The translations under genes were made by a program, and so were the position numbers. Source: Bacteroidia bacterium (GTDB taxonomy: Bacteria > Bacteroidota > Bacteroidia > M30B66). Taken from it: a stretch of 64,000 nucleotides of DNA. The stretch is from positions 3,872,001 to 3,936,000 of the forward strand of contig OZ257142.1 of the NCBI GenBank assembly GCA_965279035.1, in the 5' to 3' direction. Under the pieces are notes generated by a model. The model saw only the letters and a program-made list of their open reading frames with translations, was not told where the DNA came from and did no database searches. Of this stretch, positions 59,383 through 64,000 are shown piece after piece (within the stretch, counting starts at the first letter, position 1; each line of letters opens with the position of its first letter).

Positions 59383-59453
59383 AGGTGACAAACCTAAAGG
59401 AAAAATAATGAGAATCCAACCTCATTAAGTTTGAGATGAAACTATGAAATTGA

Positions 59454-61109
<1,656 letters not shown>

Positions 61110-61120
61110 TCCAATCGCAC

Positions 61121-61357
61121 ATGCATCTAGAGATTATATCACCTGATAAAAAATTGTACGAAGCTGATGTGACTTCATTAATCCTTCCGGGGATTGATGG
61201 TTCATTCGGGATTTTGGACAAACACGCTCCATTAATATCTGCCTTGAAAAAGGGTAAAATTAAAGTGACGGATAAAGCATCTGTGAAGCATGTTTTTGAA
61301 ATTAACGGCGGTGTTGTTGAAGTTCAAAATAACAAAGTGATCGTACTTGCTGAATAA
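61121..61357 (+). CDS. atpC: F1 ATP synthase epsilon subunit (short form)
   Basis: LEIISPD, PG.DG.FGIL..HAPLIS.L; follows atpD. Confidence 0.93.
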   Translation: MHLEIISPDKKLYEADVTSLILPGIDGSFGILDKHAPLISALKKGKIKVTDKASVKHVFEINGGVVEVQNNKVIVLAE

Positions 61358-61374
61358 ACAAACGATTTAAAATG

Positions 61375-61411
61375 AAAAGGCTCACTCAATTAATTTAAGT
61401 GGGCCTTTTTT
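61375..61411 (+). terminator. Intrinsic terminator after atpC
   Basis: AAAAGGCTCACT...AGTGGGCCTTTTTT. Confidence 0.8.
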
Positions 61412-61442
61412 ATTTCAATTCCTATCTTCACCAAAAAAGCAT

Positions 61443-61724
61443 ATGGAATACACACTTATAGATAATGTAGCTGAACAACAATTTGAATTTCATTTGGAAG
61501 ACGGCGAAAAAGCATTGATTACCTATCGCATCAAAGACGGTGTTGTATATCTACTTCACACTTCGATTCCAGAGCATTTTGAAGGAAAAGGCATTGCATC
61601 TCAATTAGCTACGAAAGTGTTTACGCGTTTAAAAAACAATGGTATTTCAGCCAAATTGTATTGTGCGTATTTAAGGACTTACGTTGAACGTCATCCTGAA
61701 TGGGAATCAATCCTTGTAGCTTAA
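61443..61724 (+). CDS. Small GNAT (YjdJ-like) acetyltransferase
   Basis: HT.IP..FEGKGIAS.L and C.Y...Y..RHPE. Confidence 0.85.
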   Translation: MEYTLIDNVAEQQFEFHLEDGEKALITYRIKDGVVYLLHTSIPEHFEGKGIASQLATKVFTRLKNNGISAKLYCAYLRTYVERHPEWESILVA

Positions 61725-61736
61725 ATACTATCTGTT

Positions 61737-62198
61737 TTGACTGACGAATTTTACATGCGGGAAGCATTACGTGAAGCCCAAAAAGCTTTTGATGCAGACG
61801 AAGTTCCAATTGGCTGTGTGATTGTTTGGAACAATCGAATCATCGCTCGAGCTTTTAATCGTACCGAGCAATTGAAGGATTTTACTGCGCATGCCGAAAT
61901 GCAAGCATTTACAAGTGCATCTGATTTCCTAAATAACAAATACCTCAACGAATGTACCTTGTATGTAACGCTTGAACCCTGTGTTATGTGCAGCGGTGCC
62001 GCTTTTTGGACTCAGTTAGGTAAAATAGTATTTGGAGCTTCTGATTTAAAACGAGGAGTTTCGGCGCTTTCTGCGAAGATTTTACATCCTTCAACCGAGG
62101 TCATTCAGGGTATTCTCGAACAAGAATGTGCAGGAATCCTGGGAGAGTTCTTCCAAAAAAAACGCAGAAGAGATTCCGGAAGCACCCAGCAGGACTAG
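61737..62198 (+). CDS. tadA: tRNA adenosine deaminase-like nucleoside deaminase
   Basis: EVPIG, TAHAE and TLEPCVMC. Confidence 0.85.
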   Translation: MTDEFYMREALREAQKAFDADEVPIGCVIVWNNRIIARAFNRTEQLKDFTAHAEMQAFTSASDFLNNKYLNECTLYVTLEPCVMCSGAAFWTQLGKIVFGASDLKRGVSALSAKILHPSTEVIQGILEQECAGILGEFFQKKRRRDSGSTQQD

Positions 62199-62300
62199 AT
62201 TCGGCTTCATTTTATTACCTGAGCATTATCAATACATGAAGCCCATCAATTTTTCATGAATTGCCTATATATGTATGCTGCTAAAGTCAGTAAAAATGAC

Positions 62301-62308
62301 TACTTTTG
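62301..62308 (+). promoter_or_regulatory. -7 promoter element of typA
   Basis: TACTTTTG 18 nt before the ATG. Confidence 0.6.
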
Positions 62309-62326
62309 CGCCGCCAAAAACCTGAC

Positions 62327-64000
62327 ATGCAGCAAATACGGAATATTGCCATTATTGCCCACGTTGACCACGGTAAAACAACACTGGTTGACAAAATCCT
62401 TCATCAAACTAAACTGTTTAGAGATAATCAACAGTTTGGAGATTTGATTCTTGATAACAACGATTTAGAGCGGGAGCGCGGGATTACTATTCTTTCTAAG
62501 AACGTTTCAGTTCGATACAAAGACGTAAAAATCAACATTATTGACACACCTGGCCACGCCGACTTTGGCGGTGAGGTAGAGCGTGTATTGAATATGGCCG
62601 ATGGCGTTTTGCTTTTGGTTGATGCCTTTGAAGGACCGATGCCACAAACACGTTTCGTACTTCAAAAAGCATTAGCTCTTGGTTTGAAACCCATTGTAAT
62701 CATAAATAAGGTAGACAAACCCAATTGTCGCCCGGATGAGGTTCATGATGCGGTTTTTGAATTATTCTTTAACCTGGATGCGACTGAAGAACAGTTGGAA
62801 TTCAAAACGGTTTTTGGTTCTTCAAAAATGGGCTGGATGGGTCCGGATTATAAAAATCCAACGGATGGATTTGAGTACCTACTCGATACGATTGTTTCTG
62901 AAATTCCTGCGCCATTACAACCTGCAGGAACACCTCAGATGATGATTACTTCCTTGGATTTTTCGACCTACATCGGTAGAATCTGCGTTGGTCGTTTACT
63001 TCGTGGTGAATTGAAAGAAAACATGCCAGTGAGCCTTGTTAAACGCGATGGTTCTGTAGTTAAAACACGTATTCGTGAATTATATACGTTCGAAGGTTTA
63101 GGTAAAGCCAAAGTGCCTTCGGTTGTAGCCGGTGATATTTGTGCTCTTACTGGAATTGAAGGTTTTGAAATTGGTGACACCATTGCCGATTTTGAAAACC
63201 CAGAAGGACTTGTTCCTATTGATGTGGATGAGCCAACCATGAGCATGTTGTTTACCATCAACAATTCGCCATTCTATGGGAAAGACGGAAAGTTTGTGAC
63301 ATCACGCCACTTGAAAGAACGTTTGGAAAAAGAGCTGGAGAAAAACCTAGCCCTTCGCGTTCAACCAACTAATTCGGCAGATTCATTTTTGGTTTATGGA
63401 CGAGGAATTCTTCACTTGTCTATCCTCATCGAAACCATGCGTCGCGAAGGATACGAGTTACAAGTTGGACAACCTCAAGTGATCATCAAAGAAGTTGATG
63501 ATGTGAAACATGAGCCAGTTGAAGTGTTGACAATCGACGTTCCTGAAGAATATTCTGGAAAAGTGATTGAACTTGTAAGTCAGCGTAAAGGAGAACTTCG
63601 CGTGATGGAACCGAAAGGCGACATGCAACATTTGGAGTTTGAGATTCCTGCTCGTGGAATTATCGGTTTGCGTAATCACTTATTAACGGCATCGGCAGGA
63701 GAAGCCATTGTGGCGCATCGTTTTAAAGATTATGAACCTTGGAAAGGGGATATTCCTCAACGTACCAATGGAGTAATGATCGCAAAAGATCCGGGTAAAT
63801 CCATTGCGTATTCGATTGATAAGCTTCAAGATCGCGGATATTTCTTCGTTGATCCAGGTGAAGATGTGTATACAGGAATGATTATCGGTGAGCAGAATAA
63901 AGCGGGTGATATGGTTGTCAATATCACACAGGAGAAAAAGTTAACGAACATGCGTGCTTCGGGTTCTGATGATAAAATGCGCATTGCACCTGCAATCAAA
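62327..64000 (+). CDS. typA: Translational GTPase TypA/BipA, truncated by the window edge and absent from the ORF track
   Basis: [52 protein letters not shown] and [12 protein letters not shown]. Confidence 0.96.
   Translation, partial: MQQIRNIAIIAHVDHGKTTLVDKILHQTKLFRDNQQFGDLILDNNDLERERGITILSKNVSVRYKDVKINIIDTPGHADFGGEVERVLNMADGVLLLVDAFEGPMPQTRFVLQKALALGLKPIVIINKVDKPNCRPDEVHDAVFELFFNLDATEEQLEFKTVFGSSKMGWMGPDYKNPTDGFEYLLDTIVSEIPAPLQPAGTPQMMITSLDFSTYIGRICVGRLLRGELKENMPVSLVKRDGSVVKTRIRELYTFEGLGKAKVPSVVAGDICALTGIEGFEIGDTIADFENPEGLVPIDVDEPTMSMLFTINNSPFYGKDGKFVTSRHLKERLEKELEKNLALRVQPTNSADSFLVYGRGILHLSILIETMRREGYELQVGQPQVIIKEVDDVKHEPVEVLTIDVPEEYSGKVIELVSQRKGELRVMEPKGDMQHLEFEIPARGIIGLRNHLLTASAGEAIVAHRFKDYEPWKGDIPQRTNGVMIAKDPGKSIAYSIDKLQDRGYFFVDPGEDVYTGMIIGEQNKAGDMVVNITQEKKLTNMRASGSDDKMRIAPAIK

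Overview
Chromosomal window from a Bacteroidota bacterium, based on TAnnTTTG -7 promoters, type IX secretion (T9SS) C-terminal domains, a fused 2-oxoacid dehydrogenase E1 and an isolated atpD-atpC pair. Core genes (murQ, recG, ruvC, greA, ahcY, clpPX, ribF, atpDC, tadA-like, typA running off the end) are interleaved with accessory DNA. Mobile DNA: two apparently identical IS982 copies, two copies of a ~400-bp non-autonomous IS982-ended element carrying a structured core, an IS1595 and an IS110. Repeats: two GTAG-type REP arrays bracketing an AT-rich signalling/adhesin island, and inverted octamer arrays. Other accessory loci: a yefM-yoeB TA module, a secreted metallophosphoesterase-MbnP-MbnH-YHYH operon and a TonB receptor/CTD protein/PorV-like triad. 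The best-supported special observation is the IS110. Its 5' non-coding end folds like a bridge RNA whose four guide segments match by eye the reconstructed target (a TCAGCACA-type octamer repeat) and the element's own circle junction, with non-identical target (GC) and donor (AC) cores. No rRNA, tRNA or CRISPR array was seen. All calls are by eye from motifs; no database searches or folding programs were run.
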